From: Eledone cirrhosa
Taxonomy: Eukaryota
DNA length: 64,000 bases
Assembly: GCA_964016885.1 (NCBI GenBank)
Contig: OZ024742.1
Location: 56,916,001-56,980,000, forward strand
Direction of reading: 5' to 3'
Numbering within the stretch: position 1 is the stretch's first letter; every line of letters begins with the position of its first letter. The translations under genes were made by a program, and so were the position numbers. The notes beneath the pieces are model-generated. The model made no database searches. It saw only the letters and a list, made by a program, of their open reading frames with translations, and had not been told where the DNA came from. Below, one piece after another: positions 12,099 to 24,530 of the stretch.

Positions 12099-12523
12099 TT
12101 TATGTCGATAAATATTCTGGCGTCCTCCTCCCCCATATGGGGGGACCCTCATCACCATCATCAACCATGAAATGGACAGTAGTATTTCATGCCTGTCGTG
12201 TTCAATGGGCAAGGAAAGCTGTTATTGTTTTTGTGGCTATCCCAAAGATTCAAAAGTACAGGAATTTTATGTAGCTATTTTTTCTTGATTCCTGCTACGT
12301 CCGAATAACAATAATAAAAATAATCATTATAATAATCATTATTGTGCATTCGTGAGTTTTATATTGAATAATAATAACTATCGTCACCCTTTTGTTCTAA
12401 CGGTAGCGGTGAGAAATAATCGACAACCGTTTCAGGGTTATTGCACCTTGTCAAGATTGTAAATCTCTCCTTTTCTGCTACAAACTAGAACTCTTGAAAA
12501 TATATAGTATTCTCTAAAGTATA

Positions 12524-12712
12524 CGGTGGATTGGCAGTATAGGTAGAGAGTCGGACGCCATGCTTTCTAGCATAGTTACGTCTCTTTACGATCCGAGTTC
12601 AAATCCCGCCGAAGTTAACTTTGCCTTTCATCCTTACGGGTGGATGAAATAAAGTACCAGTAATGTACTGAGTAATTGCTGGCCTTGTGCCAAATGTAGA
12701 AACAATTATTAT
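12524..12712 (+). mobile_element. S1 SINE, full-length
   Basis: A/B boxes, core, (ATT)n tail. Confidence 0.9.
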
Positions 12713-13057
12713 TACCCTTAATATATTCACTAAACCACGACACTCCCGTTTTGGGCGCGAAAGTACCACTAAATTTGATGTCTATTCACGTGATGATCCT
12801 TGGCCTAGCAAATTGTACTTTAAACTTGAGACACTTTTCTGCAAAAAAACCCCATGACACTGACGATTTTTGGCGCCGAATTACAAAAAGAAATTCGTTA
12901 CTTAATCACGTGATCTTTCTCAACCTATCAAATTGAACTTCAAACATATAGCAATCTGAGCCACACTTTTTGCATAAAACTGAAAGAAATTCCCAGCATC
13001 AGTTAGATGTGAGTTACAGTCGCCATAGCCACACATCTCTCCATCGCTCTTAATGCA

Positions 13058-13104
<47 letters not shown>

Positions 13105-14072
13105 CGCGTGAATGTGTATATGTGTATGAGTGGGTGTATTTGTATGTGCGAACAAAGTGATTAAAGTGATGAGAGGTTTACAAGAAAGCTATTCAACTAA
13201 ACTCTTAATACATGACAAAAACCTCCATGCTTGTTAGGCCTGTGGCAAGAATGAGTTGGAGATATCGAGCGAGAGGAAAATATACACACTAAAGAAAACA
13301 TAGATATATAGACTAAACATGAAAATTAGACAGAGAAAGGGAAAGGTATGGGGACAGGCGGCGGGGAAGAGATAGAGAAAGACAGGGACAGATACTGAGA
13401 AAGAAAGAGACAGGCAAGGAGGATGAATGATGAAAGTGTGAGCCTGGCTAAAAACGTGAAGATAAGCAGGAAATGGGAGATTTAAATTAATCTTGTCATG
13501 AGTTGATATGCTAAAAACCGTATTTTACGTTATTGGATTTTCAACATAGAAACATACATTTATTCAGATACATCCTCCTGTACATGTGTGAGTGTGTGGG
13601 TGTGTGTATGTGTGTGTGTATATATGTGTGTGTGTGTAACTGTCTGTATCTGTTAATTTTTTGTGTATGTGTCTCTGTATGTATACTTGACTGTATGTGT
13701 GTGTGTGTGTGTATCTGTTTGTGTATCTGTTCATTTGTGTGTATGTGTGGCTCTGTCTAGGTGTGTGTGTGAACGTCAGTGTCTGTAAATGTAAGTGTAT
13801 GCAAGAGAAACAGAGAGACTGAGTGAGAGTATAAGGAAGAATGTCAACCTACGCATATATTCAGAGACATGAAATAATTGCAACAAGTGTATGAATATTT
13901 TATATCTACTACTAACAGTAGATGATACCCTATTTCGAAACGTTCGCAACCAACCGGATATTGAAATCGATTTTGATACAGAATGATGACCGCTTCATTT
14001 ACATCTTTAGCCAACCCAAATAATTCGAGGCACCCCAGAATCTGTGAAATCATGTCCATGTGCATATTTATA

Positions 14073-14106
<34 letters not shown>

Positions 14107-14142
14107 CATACATAAATATTCATATATATACATATATATACA

Positions 14143-14176
<34 letters not shown>

Positions 14177-14232
14177 ATATTCATATATATATAATATATA
14201 TATAAAATATATATATTATATATAGTATATAT

Positions 14233-14266
<34 letters not shown>

Positions 14267-14419
14267 ATATTCATATATATATATATATATATACATATAT
14301 ATTCGTAAATATATATATATTGTATATATGAATGTGAATATGTACACACACACAAACACACACTCATACACACACCCATAGAGAGAGATAAATATTCATA
14401 CATATAATATTATATATAA

Positions 14420-14499
<80 letters not shown>

Positions 14500-14696
14500 G
14501 AAGTACAGCATATTCCAAGCTCGAGCCGCAGCTAAGCAGACGAATGCAATCACAAGTGCAGCCAAGCACTCGATAAGGTATAAAACCTTAGAGTAATAAC
14601 ATTCCGTTTAAAGGGCTTTGCAAATTGAAGATAGCGACCGGTAATTCAGCCGCGGGGACGGTAGCAACGAAAGAACTGGTTCACGAGAAAAAATAC

Positions 14697-14779
<83 letters not shown>

Positions 14780-14782
<3 letters not shown>

Positions 14783-15852
14783 GCTGAATGACCCGGCGTT
14801 GCCCGGTTACTGCTGTTCTTATTCAGATAAGTAAACAATAAATATGAATATATATTTTTTTTTCTCATAATTATTTCAAAATATCTATATTTTATTTTTT
14901 CTAAATATCAAAATTTAGAAATGAAAATCTGTCAATCTTGAAGCACCTCAGGGTAAACAATATTCATTGTGTAACTTTTTGTTGGTGTCCAAATGAATAA
15001 ATTGTTGCTGCTTCCAACTCGTGAGAGAAACATGTAGTAGAGAGAGCAAATCCAACTAGTTTGAGGGATTGATCCTGAGATTTGTTAATTGAAATAACAA
15101 AATTTAGTTTGACTGGAAACTGAAGCCTCTTAAATTCAAATGGAATAGCTGTAGGTAAGAGAAGAATTTTTAGAATAAAGACATTTTTTTTCAATATCGT
15201 AAACAAATAAGTATCTACATCCAAAAGAAATATATATATCAATCTCTATTTTTGTATGCAAATTACCCAAATATAAGCAAATTAACCAAATATAAGCAAT
15301 TGTATTAACTGCTAATTTAACTGTATGATAATATAAATATAAACGAAGAGGCACACATACGCTCATACAAACATACACTTATAAAAATACACACACAGAC
15401 ATACATTCATACAAACACACACACAGTGTTTCACTCACGAACAGACACACATACACTCAGACGAACTTATAATAAACACACACAGACATACATTCACACA
15501 TACACACATAGTTTACCCCCTCCCCCCCCCAGCATTTTGTTATGTCAGTCATCACTGAAACGTGTGTATACACACATACACGCTCACATACACTCACACA
15601 CACATACTTGTCAGTCATCACGTATGTATATGTTTGTGTAGATGTGTGTGTTTGCTTAATTCTCTGTGTATCTGATTAAATATTTACGTGAAGATGTGTG
15701 CATGTAACTTACTATGGCCTAACATATGTAACGAACGCGCAAATACACACACACTCACAAACACATACACACTCATATACAAAATGTGTCGTCGTCACAG
15801 TCGTCGTCGTCGTGTTATAAAATGTCCGTTTATTATAGGTGACTATAGTAGA
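14780..15852 (-). mobile_element. Non-autonomous Helitron-like element
   Basis: Minus strand begins TCTACTATAG...TAATAAA and ends with GC hairpin CCGGGCAACGCCGG followed by CTAT (decayed CTAG); sits between A and T. Confidence 0.55.
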
Positions 15853-16019
15853 TTATTGTAGATAAAATGTTATATTATTTTAATCGAAATGAAAATAAAA
15901 ATTACATGTTAATCCCGGGGTCTAATACATTGTAACATTTGATTTGATTCGGTCGAGCTGTTTAAGATTGCATATGGAAAAGATAGACAGCCAGACAGAC
16001 AGAGAGAGACAAAGACTGT

Positions 16020-16052
<33 letters not shown>

Positions 16053-16123
16053 GTGACACACAGAAACAAGATGGCGTAGGACAGAACAAAGGAGAGGCAC
16101 ACAAACAAAGAAAAGAATCCCCG

Positions 16124-16166
16124 GTCACCGAAGAGGTCACAGAATGTGTGACGAAAGAACTTTGAC
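16124..16166 (+). ncRNA. Minimal type I hammerhead, U4C core variant
   Basis: gtca CCGAAGA g gtcaca gaatg tgtgac GAAA gaac TT tgac. Confidence 0.6.
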
Positions 16167-16372
16167 AATATATAAACAATCATCTGGTTGTGGAACCAAC
16201 CAACCGGAAATTTATAAATTCCTAAATTTATAAATTGATTATAATAAATTGAAGTGAAAGCAACTGGTGCGTGTGTTTCTTATTGGCAACATGACCCTCC
16301 CAAAGTATAACAATATCGGTTTCAACACACGTTTTCAGATAAAGAATCTTGCTAAACAAATTCAGAAACGAA

Positions 16373-16403
<31 letters not shown>

Positions 16404-18951
16404 GAAAAACCTCATTGCTAGAACATACGTTATCACAGCTGAAAGCTGTCAAAGACAGCAATGGACAAAAAAATCCCTCAGAGGACAGAGACCAACGGCC
16501 AGTGGTCAACAGAAAGACACAATCCACAAGGTGGATGACAGGGAGATGAAATATAGAAAAGATAGAAAAAGGAGGAGGAAAGGAGTTATGCGCTGGAAGA
16601 TGGAAATAAAGAAAGGCGATGTACAAGACAAGTTTACACACACACATCTCTCTCATCAGCTCTCAAACCAACAAAATGTTTTCGCATGATTTAATTGAGA
16701 GTACCATTTTAAAAAGCAGGAGAGTGCAACATAAAAATAAATCTTTCTGCTGCTATGATGTGTTTGTGATAAAACAAACATCACAGATAGAAGGAAGAAA
16801 GAAAACAAAGAAAAGAAAATGACGTGATAGTGGTGTCTGTCCTATATAGAAGGCTAATCATAGATATGATAAAGTTAAATGAAAAAACAATGCTGTGTCT
16901 GATCGAGACGAAGCGAGCATGTATTTGGATATATATAAAAAGAGACAATTCTTCCCCATGCACCAACACACTTCCCCTTGTATTCTTCTTCTTTCAATCT
17001 TTTCTACATTTCATCTGCCTGTCACCCACCTTGTGGATTGTCTCTCTGCTTCCACTGGCAGCTGGTCTCTGTCCTCTGAGGCAATTTTGCCTATGTGTGT
17101 GTGTGTATACATATATATATATATACTCATGATATTTAACCCATGCCTGTGTAGTATCAACTGTGACGTGCCTACAGCTAAATGAATATCAGAGTTTCAA
17201 CACCTTGCTCCCTTCAGTGATTGCCGGTGGGTGAAAGATACGCTTTTCCTACGTTGAATCTAATTGAAATTCAAATCATTTTATTCCTATCGAATTCATT
17301 TCAACTCAAAGTTGTCGCTACATTTGAGAAATAGATAGAAGAATTTCACAGCCATAACCTTTTTTCTTACCTGCAGACATGAAGCTTTGTTCTTTGTGAT
17401 GAGAAATGAAAGCTATACAGTCAATGAATTATAATTTAGCATATTATAGTCAGGAAGCTACTGGATAGTAGATAGGAAAAAGAGATTTGGTAGAATGATG
17501 AACAAAATCTCTTGCCGCGTTTACGTCCTTTTAACTTCTGACATCAAATCCTACCAAAGGCAACTTTGACTTTTATCCATCAGGGATCGATAAAATATAG
17601 GGCTAGGTTCAATTGTATCGACTATATTCCTGCCACAAAATGTGTGACCTTATGGCTATATCAGGAGACATAACTAAATAACATTCGTGTGATGTATTGA
17701 TTCAATTGACAAAGTAGTTAAGGACAAAACACACTGATATATTTAACATTATTTTCTAAATAAATGTGTCACGTAGGTTGACTTGGTTATCCATTATTCA
17801 ACGATCGATGAAATAAGTAACAGTGAAATCGATAAAAGCCATTATAACTTCTAACCTTTATTTAAATTATTATTAAATATCATAAAGATAGCGTAAGTTT
17901 TGAATTGCAGTAAGGTTTTATAATGTACCGGAGATAAGGTAGTTGGTGTCATATATAATAGACTCATTTAAATAACCAACCTTATTGGCATTAATTTGAC
18001 AAGGTATGCATTAACTTCAAAGGAAGCAACATTGATTCATCGATTCCTTCAGGGAGTTATTTGTGGTGTCTGCTATCAATTATTGCGTCTAGTTTGAATG
18101 GATTTTATGAAGCAGTGGTTAAATATCAAGTCAAAGTTATTCACTACCTCCGTAAAAACATTCATCTGGCTACTTATCCTACCATAACGTATAACATGAT
18201 TAGAAAACACGTTGCAGCCTAAAGATATTTAGTTAACTCTAAAAAATAATCTAAAGCTATTCACATAACCCCACCACACCAACGCACACACATATATATA
18301 TATATATATTATCCTTATCGAGCCCTCTTCGGATTTTAGTCTTCACGTTTATTATTATTATTACTATTATTATTTTTATTTATATATATGACTATTTCTG
18401 AAAACGCATCTATATTGAAATATATATATATATATTTACGGGCGGTTCCAAAAATAGTCGTATATAAATATCTTATATAAATGTTGATACGTATGCTTAA
18501 CTAGCCTCCCATATTATGTATACTCCTAAATATCTTGTGACGAAGTTTTGATATTATATTTGTGTTTGACCTTTGTTATCTACTCCGATGAAACGGTCGT
18601 AAGTGATTGAATGTTCTAAACACTCTTTGATTGTTATTTACATTGTATTTCGGTTCTGTAGTATACTTGTTATTTTACATTGAGCTATTTTCCTACTTGT
18701 AACTGGGTGTTTATATACTTATATATAGCTGCAAATATATATATATATATACATATATATGTAGATAAATCTACCAAAAGTTTACGGTAGTGTCCAATCC
18801 GTATGAAGAACTCAATGTAATCCGGATATCATGAAAAGAGAAGATGCATTCAAAAACTACTTTCGGTGAAAAATAAACGGAAAACAGAGTCAAGATAAAT
18901 TAATAAAATAATGAATAAACAAAGAAACAGTTCCTTATATTAAAAAAATTC

Positions 18952-19089
18952 ATCATTTTACGATCGTTTCTAGGATATATATGTGTTAGAGTTGGTATGC
19001 ATATTCTATAGATCTATGTACAATATTTATACAAACTATCAGAGGGAATATACATACCTACACATATATATGCTGTCTTCAGAAATAAT
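18952..19089 (-). ncRNA. Type I hammerhead ribozyme with very long stem II (intact core)
   Basis: Minus strand: attattt CTGAAGA cagc atatatatgtgt..gtatgtatattc [loop] gaatatgcatac..acacatatatat ccta GAAA cgatcg TA aaatgat; palindromic stem III ACGATCGT; 7-bp stem I. Confidence 0.82.
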
Positions 19090-19182
19090 TGTTTCTACTT
19101 TAGGCACAGGGCCAACAATTACCAGTGCATTACTGGTACTTTATTTTATCGACCCCGTAAGGATGAAAGGCAAAGTCAACCT
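19090..19182 (-). mobile_element. 5'-truncated S1 SINE with 16-bp target-site duplication
   Basis: TGTCTTCAGAAATAAT at 19074-19089 and 19183-19198. Confidence 0.88.
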
Positions 19183-20003
19183 TGTCTTCAGAAATAATGA
19201 TATTTGTTTATTGAAAAAAACAAAGATTCAATACAATAGGTCTGTTTGGGAACAGGTTTTGAATTGACCAATAGAGAGATAGTGAGGGCCAGGATAGTAA
19301 TATAGTAGTAGAAGAACCTTAAATTATGGGTAGAGAAAGGTAGATTTCAGTTTTGGATGGAAAAGAATATTATGAATGAAGGATTATTTTAGGGAAGAAA
19401 TAGGTCTTATGCTGACCTCAGAAATAATTTTATTTTTTCATTGAATAAAACCAACAAAGATCTAATATATTCTGTCTGTTTCGTAAGAGGTTTAGAATTA
19501 ACCAATAGAAAGTTAATAATTGGCCAAATGGTAAAATAGTAGTAATTGAAGCTTATTTTAGGGGTGAAAATAGGTCAGGCGGTCAGTAAAAGGTATACAA
19601 GCAGTTGCTGTTATAAAATAGTAATGCCAATACAAATATCTAAGGTGACTAAAGTTTTAAGGAAAGAATGTTAGTGAAAAAAATACATCTATGAAAAGAA
19701 TATAAATTAATTTAATTGATGGGTATATTTATATTGATAAAATTATACTAATACATATAGATATGATAAATAAGAGTTAGATGCAGTTGAAAAGTGCTGT
19801 TAAAGATGAGGGGAAATTAAAAGAATATAAAAATAATATATATATATATATATACTTATACACACATATACATACATATATATACACATACACACATGTA
19901 TGTATATATATATATACATATATATACACTTATACATATACATATATATACATATATATACACATACACATACACACATACACACATATATATATATATA
20001 CAC

Positions 20004-20035
<32 letters not shown>

Positions 20036-20043
20036 ATAGATAT

Positions 20044-20630
20044 ATGGTGGCTGCCATCTCGTTTTCGAGTACGGCCACTACTTTATATCCATGTAGGAGA
20101 ACCCCTACCGATGCGCTGAACGAGTGTGACTTAGTCCAGCCAGCGACTTGAAAGCTCTGGTACAAACACTACACTTGTGACAATTATTGACATATAGTGA
20201 TGGGCCCATGGTACCATGTGACGACAAGTGCAGAGAGATCTCCAGATATAAAGCAGTGCCTGTGCCGTGAAGCTTTTATAGTGAGCAAAGGCACTGCACA
20301 AAGCCAGTCCCACTCTCTTAACCAAGATGATATTTACCAAAAAGAAGAACAAGTGAACATCATTGGATACCATCAGAGTTGCAGGTGTTATAGAAGAGTT
20401 TTCCTTCTCCTAGAATTCTGCCTTGACAAAGGCTAAGGGGTCATCTCTCCCGGTGATTTTGGATGGCCATTGACTCTTAAGAGCTCCTTTGCCCTTTGAC
20501 AGGTTTTGTTTTTAGTCCTGCAGGATGTCCAAAGTCACCCTCCTCACCAAGAAACCTTGGTGGGGTTGCCAGTTTAGTCGCCAAGGACCCGACCATGGGA
20601 CAGGTTGTACTGGAATACATGTTACCAGTA
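20044..20630 (-). mobile_element. ~600-bp non-autonomous RTE derivative, copy 2
   Basis: High identity to 6190-6795; flanked by TA/CA microsatellite. Confidence 0.85.
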
Positions 20631-21440
20631 GATATATACCAGTAGATATATACATGTATATATACATACATACACATACATATACACACACATATACACT
20701 TATATATACATATAATTATTGGGGGGGGGGGGATTAAATTTATTAGTGAGAAATAGTAAATATATATAGTTTTCAAGGAACATAGAGTCATAACCTGAAG
20801 TTAAAGCATTATATATGTTTACTTAATGGTATCAGTTTTAGGAAATGATATTTGTAAGAAGGAAAGCAAAATTATGTAGTTCATCTGTAGTAGAATATTA
20901 ATTATAGGTTAACTAAATTAAAAATAGTTTATATATTAATTTCAAAAGTGTATATTAATTAGGTTTATAATTTTTAAAACAGAATTATGTAGTTCATCAG
21001 CAGTAGAATATTAATTATAGGTTAACTAAATTAAAAATAATTCATAAATTAATTTCTAAAGTGTATATTAATTAGGTTTATAATATTTAAAGGTTTTTCT
21101 CAGTTTATGATTACACGATATTATTAATTCCTGTCGCTTATTTAATAGGATATCCTTAGATTTTATTATTTCAAAAAGTTCTTGGGAACATAATCTACAT
21201 TCATTTCTACTATTTTGATAAGGGGTGGCCCTTTTGAGCACACTCCAGGTCAGGTCATATTCTATATTCCTCTTTCTATAACTATTTATTATTTCAGCTA
21301 GAGATGTTGTATTAGCTAGTGCGGCATTTTTAAAACTATGTTTGTGGGTATTATGACTCTATGTTCCTTGAAAACTATATATATTTAATATTTCTTGCTA
21401 AACAAATTTTTAAGAATCTTGCTAAACAAATTCAGAAACG

Positions 21441-21488
<48 letters not shown>

Positions 21489-21494
21489 ATATAC

Positions 21495-21619
21495 CAAAGG
21501 AATTGTGGTAAGGAACCAAATGGACCATAACGCACCAGAGTCCTCAATACTTAGGGTAGTAGAGTTGGAAATAGCCGTCGAAACGGCTTGAGCTCTGCCG
21601 TCGGGGTCATACTTTTTCC

Positions 21620-21622
<3 letters not shown>
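21495..21622. mobile_element. Rearranged fragment of the 8289/35456 PLE-type terminal module
   Basis: Inverted 3' tail joined to the hammerhead 3' half GAAACGGCTTGAGCTCTGCCGTCGGGGT; in (TA)n. Confidence 0.65.
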
Positions 21623-21650
<28 letters not shown>

Positions 21651-21694
21651 CAAAATATTAATAAATGAAGATGTTCACATAATCAAAATATATG

Positions 21695-21757
21695 TTTTAT
21701 TATATATATTTCGGAGGTACTGAGCGGTTTTTTTCAGTACGTCCTCGTCAGATAAAA
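21695..21757 (-). ncRNA. Type I hammerhead ribozyme (intact core)
   Basis: Minus strand: ttttat CTGACGA ggacgtactga aaaaaaccgc tcagtacctcc GAAA tatata TA ataaaa. Confidence 0.82.
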
Positions 21758-22450
21758 TACATGAAATACCTCAAATGTCTTGATGGTTCAATTCCAGTAT
21801 TGGCAGTGGTTTATTACAACAAATCTCAATATTTATATACCACAAATAATAACATGATAAACTTAAATATGATGAAGAAGAGGATGTGGAGCGAGATATA
21901 AGTATAAGGAGTTGGTGAGTATGAGGTAATGCAAGAAGAAATAAATAAACTCATACATATATAAATATTTAAATGCGTAAATAAACGTGTTAGGGAAGAA
22001 AAAGAAAGAGAGAGAGAGAGATAGAAGAGAAGAAAGAAGAAGAGAGAAGAAAGAAGAGAAGAGATAAGAAGGAGAGAGAGAGATGAGAGAAGAGGAAAGA
22101 CGTAACTGCAAAAAGGAAAGAAAGAAAGAAATAAGGAAGAAAGAGACATGATGCGTTGTTTTCAAATATTAAGTCAAATAGAAGCGACCAATTAAATACC
22201 ATGAAATTTTTCATATCTTTTGTATTTGGTTATGTTTAAGCTAATTATACTAATATATTATATCAAAATTAAACAATATAAAATGTTTTCTATAATAATC
22301 AGAAGCATAGTTTAATTAATATATATATTCAAATATTTTGTTACAAAATTCAAAAACATTTTTATCTATAAAGTAAGTTTACATATCTATTAAATATATA
22401 TATATTTCGTAATTCGAACTCGGGAATTTTATATTCTCCGAGTGAAAAGA

Positions 22451-22536
22451 ACCTTCTGACGAGACTTTATCTTTTGAATGGATGCCCGTTAGGACTATCC
22501 ATTTATTTTTGAGACTCGAAACCGTTCGGTAAAGGT
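22451..22536 (+). ncRNA. Type I hammerhead ribozyme, copy A
   Basis: acctt CTGACGA [long stem II ending GAGACTC] GAAA ccgttcgg TA aaggt; predicted cleavage after 22531. Confidence 0.85.
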
Positions 22537-22929
22537 AACCATAGTAAGTACAGTGAATTTTTTGAAATTTATTTTAAAAATTTTTCTTATTTGCTAAACC
22601 TTGATGTTCTGGCTCGTTAATTTATTAACCTGACATAGAACCACATTGGCATATGGTTGGATAATACATGTATGCCTATATGTTTTTTGCGTGTAGGGAT
22701 ATATACTTTATTATTATTAATCTCACCCTGGTCGAGATAAAATTTGATCGTTTTGACTGCTGCTATTTACAGTGGTAGTTGATTAACCTCCCTGCCTCTG
22801 CATTCTATTTTTGCACACGGCACTGGACAGAATTGCTTCCACATGATTCATTCTCATCTCGGGAACAATTTTGAATAGCGCCAGTTCGTAATTCGAACTC
22901 GGGAATTTTATATTCTCCGAGTGAAAAGA

Positions 22930-23014
22930 ACCTTCTGACGAGAGTTTATCTTTCAATGGAGGCCCGCAAGTACTATCCATTTATTTTTTAGACTCGAAAC
23001 CGTTCGGTAAAGGT
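22930..23014 (+). ncRNA. Type I hammerhead ribozyme, copy B
   Basis: acctt CTGACGA gagttt...agactc GAAA ccgttcgg TA aaggt; predicted cleavage after 23009. Confidence 0.88.
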
Positions 23015-23083
23015 AACCATATTAAGTACAGTGAATCTTTTGAAATTTATTTTAAAACTTTTTCTTATTTGCTAAACCTTGAT

Positions 23084-23202
<119 letters not shown>

Positions 23203-23207
23203 TATAA

Positions 23208-23244
<37 letters not shown>

Positions 23245-23245
23245 A

Positions 23246-23343
<98 letters not shown>

Positions 23344-23450
23344 GTTTGAATTTGTAAAGCCAAACAATGCAGGTATGGACATAGCATAAAAATGCAAATG
23401 CAAAAGATATTGTTGATAATTAGTCTTTTACCTTAGATTTATTTAAATGT

Positions 23451-23485
23451 CCTTAATTTTCGAGATAATATCTCTTCCTCGGAGG
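23451..23485 (-). ncRNA. Minimal type I hammerhead, U4C core variant
   Basis: Minus strand: cct CCGAGGA a gagat att atctc GAAA at TA agg; palindromic AATT stem III. Confidence 0.62.
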
Positions 23486-23855
23486 GAAGTAAAGCGGTTA
23501 AACCAGTGTTCTAAATAGCTTGCCAAGTCATGCTGACAGGAAATGGTATAGAGAATTCTGACTGAGGAATGTTCTCACAACTGACCAATCAGAGGAGAGG
23601 ATGTCCTTCAACACTGAAATACGTTTGTTTAAATTCATATGATTTCAGTTCCTCAATGAAACAACAACCCAACCAGGAACTGGGCATATCAGAGTATTGA
23701 CAAAGTTAAACACCTCAACAACATGTGTACTCGTCTCTACCACACTAATTCGGACTGCCTGAAGAGGTCACAACCAAAGATCGCTGTCACCTAAATATAT
23801 ATACCAGTAATAAACAAAGCCAAATTTTAAACATTTGACTTATTTATTTTATTTT

Positions 23856-23894
<39 letters not shown>

Positions 23895-24307
23895 GATAAT
23901 TATGTTTATATAGGAAAAAGAAGTTGAAAATGCAATTGGAGTCAGTCTTTGAGGTTTATTTACAATAATTTATAACTTTACCAGTTTCACACATTGCATG
24001 CTTTTCAAAAATTAGGAGAGATGGATAAATGTGTGTCTATTCCGACTTGTAACTCGCAACTAATTGATGTTGGGAATTTCTTCAAGTTGCCCAGATTGCT
24101 ATGTTTGAAGTACAATTTGATAGGTTGAGAAAGATCATGTGATTAGGCATCGCGTGTGTTATGGTTCTTTCAGGTTTTTCCAGAAAAGTGACTGAAGTTT
24201 AATGTATAATTTAATAGGCTGAGAGTTTGGTGGTACTTTCAGGCACTAAAACGGAAGTGTCTTGGTTTAGTGAATATGGACAGTAGTAATTCATGTCAAT
24301 GGTAGTC

Positions 24308-24530
24308 CCCAAATACCGGTCGCTCTCCGACAGGTTTGCGGTTGTACCCTTGGCAATGGAGACTTCTGGTGTCCTCGGCCCTAGGGCTACCTCCCTATTC
24401 ACCACCATAGGCGCTGAGCTGGCCAGCCGCAGGAGCGAGCCTCGTGAGTTGGAATGTCTCTTCCAGCGTGTCCTCCTTGCCGTCCTCCGAGTAAATGGCT
24501 TCTCCATTCTGTCTGCCGGGGCTGTGGGGA
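24308..24530 (+). mobile_element. 3' fragment of a CRE-clade (RLE endonuclease) non-LTR retrotransposon
   Basis: KYRSLSDRFAVVPLAMETSGVLGPRA...LFQRVLLAVLRVNGFSIL matches the KY..PLA.ET.G.WG...FQR.S.A..RGN C-terminus typical of CRE elements. Confidence 0.7.

Larger units (their letters stand above)
22406..23083 (+). mobile_element. Retrozyme-like element: two ~200-bp direct repeats each carrying a hammerhead
   Basis: 22406-22605 is repeated at 22885-23083 (period 479); non-coding interior; (TA)n flanks. Confidence 0.82.

Noticed and set aside
17360-17490. Possible minus-strand exon ending CAG|GTAAG
   Set aside because: Stops in all frames from the best acceptor; no partner exons or recognisable protein.
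23558-23610. CTGAGGA...GAAATACGTT hammerhead candidate
   Set aside because: No convincing stem I.
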